Of a DNA stretch of 64,000 nucleotides, positions 63,361 to 64,000 are shown piece by piece. A program made the position numbers and the translations under genes. The notes below the pieces were generated by a model. The model did no database searches and was not told the DNA's origin. It was given only the letters and a program-made list of their open reading frames with translations. Source of the stretch: Gracilinanus agilis (lineage: Eukaryota); NCBI RefSeq assembly GCF_016433145.1, contig NC_058132.1:89424114-89488113 (forward strand), given 5' to 3'. Each line of letters starts with the position of its first letter. Positions within the stretch are counted from its first letter, which is position 1.

Positions 63361-64000
63361 CAGAATTCTTAAGCTAACCTCTTAACTGCTGGAAAAAATA
63401 CTGTCACCAGAGATCCAGTTTGGGGCTAGGGGATTTGGTTGTTTCTTAGTTTTCTCTCTGAGGCAGCTGAAAAAGAGGAACATACCTGGGAAGTAACTGG
63501 ACCACAAGTTCATTATGGCAGACCTAAAAGAAGCTGTCTGACTATCCAAAAGGAGGAACCTAGGTGAAATTGAGTCATCCTGCTTTCTTCCCTTAGATAT
63601 GGAAGAGATGTGACCGCAGACTTGTAGGGATACAAGCAAATGGGACATTAGAGGATGGTTATACAATTTAAAGCAACAAAAGGATAGCTTCATTCTGCAC
63701 CCATAAATCTCAAGATAAACTGATTATATTCTAAGTAGTTTCAGTTTATTTTCCTTATTAGAATAAAAGCTCCTTATATTTAGAGCAGAAAATATTACAT
63801 TTTTTCTTTATAAACACACAACCTAGTACAGTGCTTGGTACAAAGTAGGCACTTAATAAATATTTGCTGGTTAATTTCTTTTGAATATAGGCAAGGGTAA
63901 CATTGTGAAGAAATTTGGAGCTTATGTACTAAAAACATCAGCTTTATCATTCACCACAGTAATTGAGTCTATACAAATGCAAATGGAAGAATTTTCAAAT

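Noticed and set aside
1-64000. tRNA, rRNA or CRISPR features
   Set aside because: The A/B-box sequences belong to SINEs; no rRNA or repeat-spacer arrays were seen, and the DNA is mammalian.

Overview
AT-rich, CpG-poor vertebrate DNA. The SINE and L1 families point to a didelphid marsupial (Monodelphis-like). The window is part of a class I olfactory receptor cluster with five single-exon OR ORFs, all on the minus strand: four OR52E-like paralogs (12142-13077, 21940-22875, 34792-35712, 42398-43354) and one OR52J3-like gene (57176-58108). Each gene appears to have an upstream non-coding first exon. The same module recurs once per gene, 3.7-7.5 kb upstream of the ATG: O/E-like sites, a TATA-like box, then G|GTGAGT 80-89 nt further on. 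The rest is interspersed repeat: two L1s (one with a twin-priming inversion), a rearranged L1 with a 58-bp fold-back hairpin, a complete 3.7-kb non-coding LTR provirus (PBS, PPT, AATT TSD), two hAT MITEs, a Tigger end, L2/MIR relics, about a dozen tRNA-derived SINEs, a ~1.5-kb tandem duplication and three assembly gaps. I found no new protein-coding system. The most interesting signals are the shared promoter/exon-1 architecture, the 5'-UTR splice and uORF configurations, lesions in one paralog, and unusual retroelement structures. All alignments and counts were done by eye.
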